A DNA stretch of 64,000 bases from an uncultured delta proteobacterium (GCA_963796055.1 CAWCKH010000004.1:3520001-3584000); one strand, 5' to 3'. Positions 21,303 to 32,582 are shown, counted from the first letter of the stretch. Numbers and translations: made by a program. The notes: generated by a model not told the origin, from the sequence alone.

Positions 21303-23057
21303 ATGCCCTCCCTCAACACCCTGTGGGCCGGAGCTCTGATGCAGGAGCTGCACCGGGGTGGGGTGCGCGATGTCGTGCTCTGCCCGGGCTCGCGCAGCGC
21401 TCCGCTGGCCCTGGCAGCTGCCGAGGCGAGCCCGGAGGTGCGAACCTGGGTGGTGCTCGACGAGCGCGTCGCTGGCTTCTTCGCCCTGGGACTGGCGCTC
21501 GAGTCGGGCCGGCCCGCCTCGGTGCTCGTCACCTCCGGGAGCGCAGGGACGCACCTTCTCCCCGCCCTCGTCGAGGCCTGGGCGTCGGGCGTCCCGCTGG
21601 TGGCGCTCACCGCCGACCGGCCCTGGGAGCTCCACGGATTCGGCGCCCCGCAGACCATGCCGCAGGGCGGGCTCTTCGGGTCCTTCGTCCGGATGTCCCA
21701 GAGCCTCCCGTCGCCCGAGGCGAGCGCCGCCGCGTTCCGCCATCTGCGCGCCGTCGTCTCGCGTGCGGTGTCCGCGGCGGTGGCGCGCCCCTCCGGGCCG
21801 GTGCACCTCGACGTCCCGTTCCGCGAGCCGCTCGCCCCCGTGCCCGACGCTCCAGCGCCGGCCGGGCTCGACGTCGAGGCGCTGGAGGGCAGGGCTGGAG
21901 CGCCCTTCGTCCGCAGTGTCACCCCGGCCGGGCTTCCGCCCGAGCCCGAGCTGGAGGCGGTGCGCCGTCGGCTCGCCGCGGCGGAGCGGGGCGTGGTGGT
22001 GGTGGGACCTCGCGCCCGTGCCGACCGGTTCGCCGGTGCGGTGCGCGCCCTCGCTGCATCGCACGGCTATCCGGTGCTGGCCGATGCGGCGAGCAACGTG
22101 CGCTGGGCCCCGGGCCAGCCGGCCATCGCCCACCTCGACCTCCTGCTGCGCAACGAGGGCTGGGCCCTGGCCTCCCGGCCGGACCTCGTCGTCCGCCTCG
22201 GCGGGGGCCTCTCCTCGCGCCGCGTCTCCGAGTGGCTCGACGGCTCGGGCGCCGAGGTGGTGCTGGTCTCGGAGGGGACCGAGCCCGTGGACCCACAGCA
22301 CCGCGCGGCGGTGGTGCTCGAGGGCGATGCGGTCGCCATCTGCGAGGCGCTCACCGCCGCCACTGCACCGAGACGGGCGGCCTGGGCCGACGGATTCTCC
22401 CGGGCCGACGCCCGCGCCGATTCCACGCTCGCCTCCGCGCTCGCCTCGGAGCGCCGGTTGACCGAGCCCGGCGTGGCGCGGGCGGTCGTCTCCGCGCTCC
22501 CCGCCGGGGCGCGCCTGGTGCTCGGCAGCAGCATGCCCATCCGGGACGTGGACGCCTTCGCTCCCGACCCGCCGGGACCGGTCCGCGTCCTCGCCAACCG
22601 CGGGCTCAACGGCATCGACGGAAACCTGAGCACCGCCCTCGGTGTCGCCGCGGCGTCCGGTGCGCCGACCTTCGCCGTGGTGGGAGACCTGGCGCTCCTG
22701 CACGACCTGGGCGCGCTGGTCCTCGCTCGCCGGGCCAGCCTTCCGCTCACCGTCGTGGTGGTGAACAACGACGGCGGCGGCATCTTCTCCTTTCTCCCCA
22801 TCGCCGGGAGCACCCCTCGCTTCGAGGCGCTCTTCGGCACCCCGCACGGGACCGACCTCTCGGCCGCCGCGGCGCTGGGCGAGGCCCGGTTCACCCGGGT
22901 GGAGGCGCCGGCCGAGCTCGCCGCCGCGCTGGAGGACGCCGGGCGGCCGGGGCTCCGCATCATCGAGGCGCGCGTCGTCGATCGCGCGACCAACGTCGAC
23001 GTTCACCATGCGCTCGGAGCGGCCGTGGCCCGCGCGCTCGAGGAGGGCGGCCGATGA
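21303..23057 (+). CDS. menD: SEPHCHC synthase (ThDP-dependent)
   Basis: [56 protein letters not shown]. Confidence 0.95.
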   Translation: MPSLNTLWAGALMQELHRGGVRDVVLCPGSRSAPLALAAAEASPEVRTWVVLDERVAGFFALGLALESGRPASVLVTSGSAGTHLLPALVEAWASGVPLVALTADRPWELHGFGAPQTMPQGGLFGSFVRMSQSLPSPEASAAAFRHLRAVVSRAVSAAVARPSGPVHLDVPFREPLAPVPDAPAPAGLDVEALEGRAGAPFVRSVTPAGLPPEPELEAVRRRLAAAERGVVVVGPRARADRFAGAVRALAASHGYPVLADAASNVRWAPGQPAIAHLDLLLRNEGWALASRPDLVVRLGGGLSSRRVSEWLDGSGAEVVLVSEGTEPVDPQHRAAVVLEGDAVAICEALTAATAPRRAAWADGFSRADARADSTLASALASERRLTEPGVARAVVSALPAGARLVLGSSMPIRDVDAFAPDPPGPVRVLANRGLNGIDGNLSTALGVAAASGAPTFAVVGDLALLHDLGALVLARRASLPLTVVVVNNDGGGIFSFLPIAGSTPRFEALFGTPHGTDLSAAAALGEARFTRVEAPAELAAALEDAGRPGLRIIEARVVDRATNVDVHHALGAAVARALEEGGR

Positions 23058-23884
23058 GCCTGCTCGCCCACGTCACCTGGGGGCAAGGTGCGCCCCTGCT
23101 GCTGCTGCACGGGTTCACCGGGAACCGGGACGCCTGGAACCACCTGCGACCGCTGCTCGGCCAGTCCTTCCAGGCCCTCGCCCCCGACCTCCCTGGCCAC
23201 GGCGAGAGTCCCATCGCCCCGGACACCACCTTCGACGGGACGATCGAGGCCCTGCTGGCGCTCCTCGACTCCCAGCGGCTCGAGCGGGTGGACGTCGCGG
23301 GGTACTCGCTCGGCGCCCGGGTGGCGCTGGGACTGTGCCTCCGCGCGCCGGAGCGGGTGGGCCGCCTGGTCCTCGAGTCGGGCAGCCCGGGCCTCCGCCG
23401 CCGGCGCGACCGGCACGAGCGCCGCCGGGACGACGCCGCGCTGGCCGAGGTCATCGAGCGGGACGGACTCGAGGCCTTCGTCCGCCGCTGGGAAGCGCTC
23501 CCGCTGTTCGACGGGCTGCGGGGCCTCCCCGAGGACGTCCGCCTGCGGCTCCACCAGCGCCGGCTCTCGCACCGGCCGGAGGCGCTGGCCGGCTCGCTGC
23601 GCGCCCTGTCGCTCGGTGCGCAGCCCAGCTACTGGACGCGGCTGTGGACGGTGCGCGCGCCCACCTTGCTGCTCAGCGGCGGCCGCGACCCGAAGTTCAG
23701 CGGCATCGCCCGGGCGATGGCGGCGGAGATGCCGCTGGTCTGGGGACACGTCTTCCCCGGCGCGGGGCACGCGCCACATCTGGAGTCGCCAGAGGAGTGG
23801 GCCCGCGAGGTGACCTCCTTCCTCTCCGCTCCGTGGATCGAACGGCCGCTCGTGGACAGCGAGCGCGGGAGCAACCAGGGATGA
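23054..23884 (+). CDS. menH: SHCHC synthase (alpha/beta hydrolase)
   Basis: [28 protein letters not shown]; position in the operon. Confidence 0.9.
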   Translation: MSLLAHVTWGQGAPLLLLHGFTGNRDAWNHLRPLLGQSFQALAPDLPGHGESPIAPDTTFDGTIEALLALLDSQRLERVDVAGYSLGARVALGLCLRAPERVGRLVLESGSPGLRRRRDRHERRRDDAALAEVIERDGLEAFVRRWEALPLFDGLRGLPEDVRLRLHQRRLSHRPEALAGSLRALSLGAQPSYWTRLWTVRAPTLLLSGGRDPKFSGIARAMAAEMPLVWGHVFPGAGHAPHLESPEEWAREVTSFLSAPWIERPLVDSERGSNQG

Positions 23885-24699
23885 AGGCAGAGTGGAAGAA
23901 GGTCCGGGACGACAAGGACATCGTCTACGAGAAGTGGAACGGCATCGCGAAGATCACCATCAACCGGCCCGAGGTGCGGAACGCGTTCCGCCCCCAGACG
24001 CTGTTCGAGATGAGCTCCGCGTTCAACGACGCCCGCGAGGATCCCTCGGTGGGTGTGGTCATCCTCACCGGCGCCGGCGACCAGGCCTTCTGCTCCGGCG
24101 GCGACCAGCGCATCCGCGGCAACGAGGGCTACGTGGGGAGCGACGGCGTCCCCCGGCTCAACGTGCTCGACCTCCAGAAGCAGATCCGCTCCCTGCCCAA
24201 GCCGGTGGTGGCGATGGTGGCCGGGTATGCCATCGGCGGTGGCCACGTGCTCCACGTGGTCTGCGACCTGACCATCGCCGCGGACAACGCCCGCTTCGGC
24301 CAGACCGGCCCGCGGGTGGGCAGCTTCGACGGTGGCTTCGGCGCGAGCTACCTCGCCTCCATCGTCGGCCAGAAGAAGGCCCGGGAGATCTGGTTCCTCT
24401 GCCGCCAGTACGACGCGCAGCAGGCGCTGCAGATGGGGCTGGTCAACACCGTGGTGCCGCTGGCCGACCTCGAGGCGGAGACCCTCCGCTGGTGCCAGGA
24501 GATGCTCCAGCTCAGCCCGCTGGCGCTCCGGCTGCTCAAGTCGAGCTTCAACGCCGACCTGGACGGCCAGGCCGGCATCCAGGAGCTCGCCGGCAACGCG
24601 ACCTTGCTCTACTACATGTCCGCGGAGGCCCAGGAGGGGCGCAACGCGTACGTCGAGCGGCGCATGCCCGACTTCTCGAAGTTCCCGCGTCGCCCGTGA
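23881..24699 (+). CDS. menB: 1,4-dihydroxy-2-naphthoyl-CoA synthase
   Basis: [41 protein letters not shown]. Confidence 0.97.
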   Translation: MKAEWKKVRDDKDIVYEKWNGIAKITINRPEVRNAFRPQTLFEMSSAFNDAREDPSVGVVILTGAGDQAFCSGGDQRIRGNEGYVGSDGVPRLNVLDLQKQIRSLPKPVVAMVAGYAIGGGHVLHVVCDLTIAADNARFGQTGPRVGSFDGGFGASYLASIVGQKKAREIWFLCRQYDAQQALQMGLVNTVVPLADLEAETLRWCQEMLQLSPLALRLLKSSFNADLDGQAGIQELAGNATLLYYMSAEAQEGRNAYVERRMPDFSKFPRRP

Positions 24700-25604
24700 C
24701 CGCCGCCGCTCCCCCCGCCGTGCCCTCGCTCCGGATCTGGCTGCTCGCGGCCCGGCCCAAGACGCTCACCGCCGCGGTGGTGCCGGTGGTGGTGGGCACG
24801 GGGCTGGCGCTGGGGAAGGGGATGGCGGCCGGGTGGCCGGCGCTCGCCGCGCTCGCCGGGGCGGTGCTGATCCAGATCGGCACCAACCTCACCAACGACT
24901 ACTACGACTTCCGCAAGGGCGCGGACACCCACGAGCGCGTGGGACCGACCCGGGTCACGCAGAGCGGGCTCATCGCGCCGCAGACGGTGCTGGCCGCCGG
25001 CGCGGCCTGCTTCACGCTGGCGCTGGTGGTGGGGATCTACCTCGTGGCCCGGGGCGGCTGGCCGTTCGTGGTCATCGGTCTCGCCTCGGTGCTCGCCGGC
25101 TGGGCCTACACCGGTGGGCCGTACCCGCTCGGGTACAACGGGCTCGGGGACCTGTTCGTGATGGTCTTCTTCGGGCTGGTGGCCGTGCCGGGCACCTTCT
25201 ACGCCCAGGGACTCCGGCTGGTCCCGGCCGTCTGGCCCGCGGCGGTGGCCGTCGGCGCCACCGGGACGATGATCCTGGTGGTGAACAACCTGCGGGACAT
25301 GGAGACCGACGCCCGCGCCGGCAAGCACACCCTGGTGGTCCGCTTCGGCCGGGGCTTCGGACGCGGCGAGTACGTCACGCTCCTCGGGGTGGCGCTGGCC
25401 ATGCCGGTCCTCCTGGTGGCGCTCGACTGGGCGCGGTGGCCGGTGCTCCTGGCGCTCCTCGCCGCGCCGCTGTCCTGGCCGCCGCTGTCGCGCGTCCTGC
25501 GGACCACCGGGGCGACGCTGAACCCGGCCCTGGGGACGACGGCGCGGTTCCAGGCCGCGTTCGGACTGCTGCTGGCTCTCGGGGCCTGGCTGGGGGCCGC
25601 GTGA
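24696..25604 (+). CDS. menA: 1,4-dihydroxy-2-naphthoate polyprenyltransferase
   Basis: [25 protein letters not shown]...GK.TL; multi-TM. Confidence 0.93.
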   Translation: MTAAAPPAVPSLRIWLLAARPKTLTAAVVPVVVGTGLALGKGMAAGWPALAALAGAVLIQIGTNLTNDYYDFRKGADTHERVGPTRVTQSGLIAPQTVLAAGAACFTLALVVGIYLVARGGWPFVVIGLASVLAGWAYTGGPYPLGYNGLGDLFVMVFFGLVAVPGTFYAQGLRLVPAVWPAAVAVGATGTMILVVNNLRDMETDARAGKHTLVVRFGRGFGRGEYVTLLGVALAMPVLLVALDWARWPVLLALLAAPLSWPPLSRVLRTTGATLNPALGTTARFQAAFGLLLALGAWLGAA

Positions 25605-26665
25605 CCACCGAGCTCCTCGTCCGGCCACGGGCCCTCCGCCTCCGCTCGGGCCTCTCCACCGGCGCCGGGATGCGGATGGGGGTGGACGGGTTCTGGCTGC
25701 GGCTGGGCGACGGGCTGGGCGAGGTGACGCTCTTGCCCGGGTTCGGGACCGAGCCGGTGGAACGGGCCCGCGCCGCGCTGACGGAGGCAGCCGCCGCGCT
25801 CCGGGGCGCCCCGCCGCCGGGGAGCCACGACGAGGTGGCGGCGCGCATCCAGCGCCTCCCCATCCTCCGCGAGACACCGGCCACCCGGGCGGGGGTCGAG
25901 CTGGCCCTGCTCGACGCGGGCGCCCGCCATGCCGGCACTCCGCTCGCCGCATGGCTCGGCGCCGAGCTGCGCTCGGTCCGGGTCAACGCGCTCCTCACCG
26001 ACGACGAGGTCGACGCCCTGGCCTCGGAGGCCCGGGCACGGGCGCACGAGAACTTCGACACCTTGAAGATCAAGGTGGGCGCCGAGCCTGCCAGCCAGGA
26101 CGCCGTCCGGGTGGCGGCGGTGCGGGCGGCGGTGGGCCCCAACATGCGCATCCGCGTCGACGGCAACGGCGCGTGGTCCGAGGCCGAGGCCCGGGAGCGG
26201 CTCACCGCCCTCGCCTCCTCGCGGCTCGAGTACGTCGAGCAGCCGGTGCCGGCGGCCAACTTCGATGGGCTTCGCCGGCTCCGCTCGCTGGCCCGCATCG
26301 CCGCCGACGAGTCGCTCGGCGTGCCCGGTGCGCGCGAGGGCCTGTTCGGCGGCAAGCGGCCCGCGGTGGACGTGCTGGTGTTCAAGCTCCCGGTCATCGG
26401 CGGTGTGCTCCGGGCACGCCGGTACGCGGCGCTGGCCTGGGAGGTGGGCGTCGAGGTCGTGGTGACCAGCGCGCTCGATGGCGCGGTCTCGCGCGCCGGC
26501 GCGGCCCACCTCGCCTGCACGCTCCCCGTCGAGGGTCCGGCACACGGGCTCGCCACCGGGCACCTGCTCGATTCGGACGCCGGCGGCTACCCCATCTCGC
26601 ACGGCCTCTGCTACCTCCCGGACGCGCCTGGGCTGGGCATCGACCCGGAGGTCCTCGGGTGGTGA
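25601..26665 (+). CDS. menC: o-succinylbenzoate synthase (enolase superfamily)
   Basis: TLKIKVG, RVDGNGAW, YVEQP, AADES, HGLATG. Confidence 0.88.
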   Translation: MTTELLVRPRALRLRSGLSTGAGMRMGVDGFWLRLGDGLGEVTLLPGFGTEPVERARAALTEAAAALRGAPPPGSHDEVAARIQRLPILRETPATRAGVELALLDAGARHAGTPLAAWLGAELRSVRVNALLTDDEVDALASEARARAHENFDTLKIKVGAEPASQDAVRVAAVRAAVGPNMRIRVDGNGAWSEAEARERLTALASSRLEYVEQPVPAANFDGLRRLRSLARIAADESLGVPGAREGLFGGKRPAVDVLVFKLPVIGGVLRARRYAALAWEVGVEVVVTSALDGAVSRAGAAHLACTLPVEGPAHGLATGHLLDSDAGGYPISHGLCYLPDAPGLGIDPEVLGW

Positions 26666-28155
26666 CCGCCGGGTGCCCCGTGCGCGCCCACGCCCGCCGC
26701 AACCCGGAGGGGCTCGCGCTCGTTGCCGGTGAGCGTCGATGGACCTGGGCCGCGCTGGACCGGGAAGTGGCGCGGGTCGCCGGCTTCCTCCAGGCCGCGA
26801 ACGTCCGCCGGGGCGAGCGGGTGGCGGTCCTGGCCGCGAACCACCCCTCGACGGTGGCCCTCCTCTTCGCCGTTCGCCGCACCGGCGCCGCGCTGGTTCC
26901 GCTCAACGTCCGGCTCGCCCCGGCCGAGCTCCGCGCCCAGCAGGAGCGGGTCCGTCCCCGGGTGGTGCTGGCCGACGCCGACCGCCGCGAGGTGCTCCCC
27001 GGAGCCGTGGCGCTCGAGGACTGGCCCGGCCCCGACACCGCGCCCTGGCCCGGAGAGGAGTCCGACGCCTCCCCCGACTGGGTCCTGCTCTTCACCTCCG
27101 GCACCACCGGGCAACCCAAGGCCGCGCGGCTCTCGGTCGGGGCCTTCGATGCGCTGGCGCGGGCCTCGGCGGCGAACCTCGGGCCACGGGCCGGGGACCG
27201 CTCGCTCTGCAACCTCCCGCTGTTCCACGTCGGCGGCCTCGGCATGGCGGTGCGCTGCGCGCACGACGGGGCGACCCTGGTGCTCCACCCGCGCTTCGAC
27301 GCCGCGGCGGTGGTGCGGGCCGTGCGCGAGGAGGGCATCACCCACCTGAGCCTGGTGGCGCGCGCGCTCGAGCAGAGCCTCGACGCCGGGCTTCGCGCCG
27401 GCTCGCTCCGCGCCGTGCTGGTGGGCGGTGGTCCCGTCCCGCTGTCCCTGGTCGAGCGGGCGCGCGCCGCCAGCCTTCCCGTGCTCCTCACCTATGGGCT
27501 CACCGAGGCCTGCTCGCAGGTCACCACCGAGCATCCGGGTGAGGCCGACGGCCGGACCGCCGGCCCCCCGCTGCCCGGACTCGAGGTCCGGATCGTCGCC
27601 GGCGACGGCAGGCGGCTGCCGGCAGGGGAGGAGGGCGCCATCGCCGTCCGTGGGCCCACCCTCATGCGGGGCTACCTCGACGACGATGGCGCCACCGCCG
27701 ACGTGCTCCAGGACGGCTGGCTTCTCACCGGGGACATCGGCCGGCTCGACGGCTCCGGGCGGCTCACCGTCCTGGCCCGGCGCACCGACCTCATCCTCTC
27801 GGGGGGCGAGAATGTCTACCCCGCCGAGGTGGAGGCTGTGCTCGCCACCCACCCCGGGGTGGCGGAGGTGGCAGTCGTCGGACGCCCGGACGCGCGGTGG
27901 GGGCAGGTGCCGGTGGCGGTGGTCGTGGCCCGGCCGTCCGGCTCGCTGGAGGACCTCCGGACCTGGGCGCTGTCCCGGCTCGCCGCGTTCAAGGTCCCGG
28001 CCGAGGTGCTCCCCGCCACCGCGCTCCCCCGCACCGCGGCGGGCAAGGTGGACCGCGCGGCAGTGCAGGCCGCGGTGGTGGGCCCAAGCGGCGCTTGTTC
28101 CTTCGAGAAGCCCGGCGGCGCAGAAAACGCGGCGGGGCGGATGGAGTTCAAGTAG
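26662..28155 (+). CDS. menE: o-succinylbenzoate-CoA ligase
   Basis: FTSGTTGQPK, PLFHVGG, TYGLTE, TGDIG, SGGENVYP, GKVDR. Confidence 0.9.
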   Translation: MTAGCPVRAHARRNPEGLALVAGERRWTWAALDREVARVAGFLQAANVRRGERVAVLAANHPSTVALLFAVRRTGAALVPLNVRLAPAELRAQQERVRPRVVLADADRREVLPGAVALEDWPGPDTAPWPGEESDASPDWVLLFTSGTTGQPKAARLSVGAFDALARASAANLGPRAGDRSLCNLPLFHVGGLGMAVRCAHDGATLVLHPRFDAAAVVRAVREEGITHLSLVARALEQSLDAGLRAGSLRAVLVGGGPVPLSLVERARAASLPVLLTYGLTEACSQVTTEHPGEADGRTAGPPLPGLEVRIVAGDGRRLPAGEEGAIAVRGPTLMRGYLDDDGATADVLQDGWLLTGDIGRLDGSGRLTVLARRTDLILSGGENVYPAEVEAVLATHPGVAEVAVVGRPDARWGQVPVAVVVARPSGSLEDLRTWALSRLAAFKVPAEVLPATALPRTAAGKVDRAAVQAAVVGPSGACSFEKPGGAENAAGRMEFK

Positions 28156-28163
28156 TCTTGAAC
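28146..28163. promoter_or_regulatory. Palindromic operator GTTCAAG-N4-CTTGAAC, copy 2 (upstream of polyprenyl synthase-regulator genes)
   Basis: GTTCAAGTAGTCTTGAAC spans the menE stop and ends 12 bp before the next ATG. Confidence 0.75.
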
Positions 28164-28175
28164 AGGGTGAACCAG

Positions 28176-29147
28176 ATGGAGACCACGCCCGAGGCAGGAC
28201 GCTTCCTGGAAGCCGCCGAGGCCCGCCTCGCCACCGTCCTCTCGCACGGCTCGGGCGACGTGGCCCAGTCCGACACCCTGCTCAACGCCGGCCGCCACCT
28301 GTGCATCGGCAGCGGCGGCAAGCGGGTCCGGCCCACCATGGTGCACCTCTTCGGCCTCGCCGCAGGGGCGCCCGAGGGGCCGCTGCTGCACGTGGCGGTG
28401 GCCGCGGAGCTGGTGCACTCGGCCAGCCTGCTCCACGACGACGTGGTGGACGCCGGGATGTACCGCCGTGGCCGCCCGACGGTGAACGCGCTCTGGGGCA
28501 ACGTGGTGGCGGTGATGGGCGGAGACCTCCTGCTCACCCTCGCGCTCGGCGAGCTGGCCGCGCTCGACCGGGAGATCACCTTCGCCGCGGTGCGGACGGT
28601 CGCCGAGATGACCCGGGCGACCATCGGTGAGGTGGAGGCCCGCGGGGACCTCTCGCTCTCGGTGGAACGCTTCCGGAGCATCATGGAGGGCAAGACCGGG
28701 GCGCTCTTTGGCTTCTGCGGCGCGGCGGCCGGACGGCTCGCGGGCAGGGACGAGGTCGCCCGCAGGTTCGAGGCCTTCGGCCGCCACCTCGGCGTGGCCT
28801 TCCAGATCGCCGACGACCTCAAGGACCTCAACGGCGGTGACCCGGGCAAGCCGGTGTTCGCCGACTTCAAGTCCCGGACCCCCTCGCTGCCCATCCTGCT
28901 CGCCGCGCAGATGGACGAGCCGCTCCGGCGCCGGATCAAGGACCTGTGGGCCTTCGGCTCGATGGCCGACGAGCGGGTGCGCGAGCTCGGCGTGGCGGTG
29001 CTCGCCACCGACGCCCCGCGGGCCGCGCTTCACCTCATGGACCGGGAGATCGAGGCCGCGCTCGACGCACTCGGCCCCCTCCGCGATTCGCCCGGCGCCA
29101 GCGAGCTGACCGACTGGGCCCGGCGCCTCGGGGCGGCCTTCCGCTAG
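28176..29147 (+). CDS. Polyprenyl diphosphate synthase (MK side chain)
   Basis: GGKRVRP, LLHDDVVD..RRGRPT, GKTG, FQIADDLKD. Confidence 0.92.
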   Translation: METTPEAGRFLEAAEARLATVLSHGSGDVAQSDTLLNAGRHLCIGSGGKRVRPTMVHLFGLAAGAPEGPLLHVAVAAELVHSASLLHDDVVDAGMYRRGRPTVNALWGNVVAVMGGDLLLTLALGELAALDREITFAAVRTVAEMTRATIGEVEARGDLSLSVERFRSIMEGKTGALFGFCGAAAGRLAGRDEVARRFEAFGRHLGVAFQIADDLKDLNGGDPGKPVFADFKSRTPSLPILLAAQMDEPLRRRIKDLWAFGSMADERVRELGVAVLATDAPRAALHLMDREIEAALDALGPLRDSPGASELTDWARRLGAAFR

Positions 29148-29160
29148 CGAGAGCACGACC

Positions 29161-29742
29161 ATGCCGGCCAAGGGTTACAGCTGGTCCGACGCACCCCGCC
29201 TGGCGGCGCCCGAGCCCGCGCCGGGGCTCCCGCGCTGGGAGGCGCTGGCCATTGATGCGGTGGGCAACGTCATCGAGTTCTGGGGCTTCAAGCACAACCA
29301 GGGCCGGGTGTGGGCGGTGCTCTACCTCCGCGGCACGTCGATGACCGCCACCCAGCTCGAGGAGGAGCTGGGCCTGAGCAAGGGCGCGGTCTCGATGCTG
29401 GTCCGCGACCTCGAGCGGTGGGGGGTGGTGGTGCGCATCCGGCAGCCCGGCACCGGCGCCTGGCACTTCCGCGCGGAGACCGACCTGGTGCGGATGGTGA
29501 GCCGGGTCATCCAGGAGCGCGAGAACGCCTTCGTCTCCCGCATCCGAAAGGACCTGGAGGAAGCCAAGCGACTCGCCTCGGCCAGCGGCGTGGGGCGTGA
29601 CCGGCTGGCGCGGCTGGAGAAGCTCGCGGCGCTGGCCTCGGGCGCCGAGCGGGCGCTGCGCATCTTCCTCCGTACCGCGCGCGTGGACCTCTCCTCGCTC
29701 CTCGCCGCGCTGGGCGAGGGCAAGCTGCGGCCGAGGAGCTGA
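29161..29742 (+). CDS. GbsR/MarR-family winged-helix transcriptional regulator
   Basis: EFWGF..NQGRVWAVLYL, LEEELGLSKGAVSMLVRDLERWGVV. Confidence 0.85.
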   Translation: MPAKGYSWSDAPRLAAPEPAPGLPRWEALAIDAVGNVIEFWGFKHNQGRVWAVLYLRGTSMTATQLEEELGLSKGAVSMLVRDLERWGVVVRIRQPGTGAWHFRAETDLVRMVSRVIQERENAFVSRIRKDLEEAKRLASASGVGRDRLARLEKLAALASGAERALRIFLRTARVDLSSLLAALGEGKLRPRS

Positions 29743-29877
29743 GCGGAGCGGCACGCAGGTCCTCCCCTGACCGTGCCCCGCGCTGCGGCTGCGCATCCTC
29801 GGCGTCCGGAGGCCCAACCCGCGCAGCGTCTGCGCGCTCCGGGGCGGCCGGCCCCTGCTCCGGAGGCCGTGCCGGCG

Positions 29878-29893
29878 AGGCGAGCGGCTTGCA
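29878..29893 (+). promoter_or_regulatory. Candidate sigma54 (-24/-12) promoter of the kor-nuo operon
   Basis: AGGCGAGCGGCTTGCA has GG-N10-GC spacing and TTGCA; about 60 bp upstream of the korA ATG. Confidence 0.4.
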
Positions 29894-29954
29894 TCCCCCG
29901 CGTGGCCGCGGACATGCGAAGCAGAGTTCAACTCCAAACATTGCGAGGTCTCTG

Positions 29955-31709
29955 ATGCTCGAGGATCTCGTCGTCGGGCTGGCTGGCTCGGGCGGAGACG
30001 GAGTGGTGAGCGCGGGAGAGTCCCTCCTCGCCGCGGCCTCGTCCCAGGGCTTCTACGCCATGATGACCAAGAGCTTCGGCTCGCAGATCCGCGGAGGTGA
30101 GTCGTCCTGCCGGGTCCGGCTCTCCACCCGGAAGGTGCTCAACCCGGGCGGCGTGCTGGATGTGGCGGTGGCGCTCAACTGGGAGGACTTCCGCCGCTTC
30201 GGCGCCGAGCTGCCCATCGGACCGGACACCGTGCTCATCCACGAGACGAAGGCCGGGCCGCCCCCGGCCGATCTGGCACCGGCGGGCCGGATGCCGCGCG
30301 AGGTGATGGGCGTCCCGCTGGCCGAGCTGGCCAAGTCCTCGGCGGGGACCGATCGGGCCAAGACCAGTGTCGTCCTCGGGGTCATCTCCGGGCTCTTCGG
30401 GGTGCCGCGGGAGGCGCTGGAGCGCGGGCTCCAGAAGAAGTTCGGACAGAAGGGCGAGGGGCTGCTGGAGGCGAACCGCAAGGCGCTGGCCAGCGGCATC
30501 GCCTTTGCCGCGGAGCACCCTCTGGCCGCGCCCCGTTCGCTGGCCCGTCCGGCGGCGCCCTCGCCCAAGCTTCTGTGTGACGGAAACGAGATGTGCGCCT
30601 CGGCCGCCCTCTTCGCCGGCTGCGAGTTCTTCGGCGGCTACCCCATCACCCCGTCCACCGAGGTGATGCAGATGCTCTCCCGCGAGCTGCCGAAGTACGG
30701 CGGCGTGGTGCTCCAGGCCGAGGACGAGATCAGCGGCGTGGGCTCGGCGGTGGGCGCTTCCTTCGCCGGCAAGAAGTCCATGACCGCCACCTCGGGCCCC
30801 GGGATGTCCCTGAAGACCGAGGTGCTCGGCCTGGCCTCCATCGCCGAGCTGCCGCTGGTGCTCCTCAACGTGCAGCGGGGCGGGCCGTCCACCGGTCTTC
30901 CGACCAAGCCCGAGCAGGCGGATCTCTTCCAGGCGGCGTTCAGCGCGCACGGCGACGTGCTCCGGCCGGTGCTTGCCCCCACCGACGTCGAGGACACCTT
31001 CCGGCTCACCGTCGAGGCCTTCAACCTCGCCGAGAAGTACCAGACGCCGGTGGTCATCCTCTCGGACCAGGAGATTGCCCAGCGCAAGGAGACAGTGGAT
31101 CCCATCGACGTCTCGCGGCTCGAGGTGCTGGAACGGCTCCGGCCCACGCCCGAGCAGCTGGCGAAGGGGTACCAGCGCTTCCTGGACACTCCTTCCGGGG
31201 TGAGCCCGCTCAGCCACCCCGGGATGCAGGGCGGGAACTACCTGGCCGCCGGCATCGAGCACGACAGCAAGGGAGCCCCGACCGCGAGCGGGGCGGTGCA
31301 CGCAGCGATGAACAGGAAACGCTTCCGGAAGCTCGAGCCTCTCCAGGAGCGCGCCGACCTCTTCCATCGCGAGGGCCCGCCGGACGCGCCGCTGGCACTG
31401 GTGAGCTGGGGCAGCTCGGCCGGGGTGGCCCGCGAGGCGTTTGCCCTGGCCCGAGCGCGCGGATTGCCCGTCAAGCTCCTCGTTCCCTACCTCCTCTATC
31501 CGGTGGCCGAGCCGGTGTACCGGGACTTCTTCGCCGGGGTCCGCAGCGGGCTGGTGCTGGAGCTGTCGCACCAGGGGCAGCTCTACCGGGTGCTGCGGAT
31601 GTTCGTCGACGTGCCGGCAGGGGTGACCTCGTTCGCCCGCAGCGGGGCGCAGCCCTTCCGCGCCGACGAGGTGCTGGCCCGGCTGCAGCAGCTGGCGGAG
31701 GGTCTCTAG
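29955..31709 (+). CDS. korA: 2-oxoacid:ferredoxin oxidoreductase alpha subunit (gamma-alpha fused, KorA-type)
   Basis: GSGGDG, SQIRGGES, GYPITPST, QAEDEI, ATSGPG, QRGGPSTGLPTK; substrate not determinable from sequence. Confidence 0.9.
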   Translation: MLEDLVVGLAGSGGDGVVSAGESLLAAASSQGFYAMMTKSFGSQIRGGESSCRVRLSTRKVLNPGGVLDVAVALNWEDFRRFGAELPIGPDTVLIHETKAGPPPADLAPAGRMPREVMGVPLAELAKSSAGTDRAKTSVVLGVISGLFGVPREALERGLQKKFGQKGEGLLEANRKALASGIAFAAEHPLAAPRSLARPAAPSPKLLCDGNEMCASAALFAGCEFFGGYPITPSTEVMQMLSRELPKYGGVVLQAEDEISGVGSAVGASFAGKKSMTATSGPGMSLKTEVLGLASIAELPLVLLNVQRGGPSTGLPTKPEQADLFQAAFSAHGDVLRPVLAPTDVEDTFRLTVEAFNLAEKYQTPVVILSDQEIAQRKETVDPIDVSRLEVLERLRPTPEQLAKGYQRFLDTPSGVSPLSHPGMQGGNYLAAGIEHDSKGAPTASGAVHAAMNRKRFRKLEPLQERADLFHREGPPDAPLALVSWGSSAGVAREAFALARARGLPVKLLVPYLLYPVAEPVYRDFFAGVRSGLVLELSHQGQLYRVLRMFVDVPAGVTSFARSGAQPFRADEVLARLQQLAEGL

Positions 31710-32582
31710 ATGGACGCCTTTCTCGCCCCCAACGACTACAAGAGCCCGCTCAAGCCCATCTGGTGTCCGGGCTGCGGCGACTACGGGGTGGTACAGGCGC
31801 TGTACCGGGCCTTGAGCGCGGTCGGCCGGTCGCCGCACGAGATCGCCTTCATCTCCGGCATCGGGTGCAGCAGCCGCATCCCGGGCTACACCACCGCCTA
31901 CGGCTTCAACAGCGTCCACGGCCGCGCGCTCCCCATCGCCCAGGGAGTGAAGCTCGCCAACCCGGACCTCCTGGTGGTGGTGGCGGGCGGGGACGGCGAT
32001 GGCTTCTCCATCGGCGGCGGGCACGTGCCGCACGCCATCCGCCGCAACGTGGACCTCACCTATCTGGTCATGGACAACCAGGTGTACGGGCTCACCAAGG
32101 GACAGCTTTCGCCCACCTCGGCGCGCGGGCTGAAGACGGTCACCTCGCCCTACGGCAGCTTCGAGCAGCCGATCAACCCCTTGCTCACGGTGCTGGCCTA
32201 CGGCGCGGGCTTCGTGGCCCAGGCCACGCCGGCGGACATGCCGGGCATGACCGCGCTCATCGAGGAGGCGATCCGCTACCCCGGGTTCTCCTTCGTGAAC
32301 ATCCAGTCGCCCTGCGTGACGTTCGGGGAGGAGGAGCAGCAGCTCCGCGCCCACAAGGCCAGGATGAAGCCGCTGGCCAGCCTGGGGCACGACCCGGCAA
32401 ACCAGCTCGCCGCGCTCGACCTGGCCCGGGCCTACGGAGAGGAGCTGTACACCGGAGTCTTCTACCGGAACCCCCGACCCCCGCCGACCTACGACGCGCT
32501 GGTGCGGCAGCGACAGGTCGAGCTCCAGCGGGGTGAGCCCAGACCTCGGGCGCGGGTGCTCGAGGCCTATCTCAAGACGTGA
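31710..32582 (+). CDS. korB: 2-oxoacid:ferredoxin oxidoreductase beta subunit
   Basis: WCPGCG, SGIGCS, HGRA, GGDGD, DNQVYGLTKGQLSPT, SPCVTF. Confidence 0.92.
   Translation: MDAFLAPNDYKSPLKPIWCPGCGDYGVVQALYRALSAVGRSPHEIAFISGIGCSSRIPGYTTAYGFNSVHGRALPIAQGVKLANPDLLVVVAGGDGDGFSIGGGHVPHAIRRNVDLTYLVMDNQVYGLTKGQLSPTSARGLKTVTSPYGSFEQPINPLLTVLAYGAGFVAQATPADMPGMTALIEEAIRYPGFSFVNIQSPCVTFGEEEQQLRAHKARMKPLASLGHDPANQLAALDLARAYGEELYTGVFYRNPRPPPTYDALVRQRQVELQRGEPRPRARVLEAYLKT

Noticed and set aside
29926..29943. Third copy of the men operator upstream of korA (GTTCAAC...)
   Set aside because: Only a partial half-site with no CTTGAAC arm at the right spacing.
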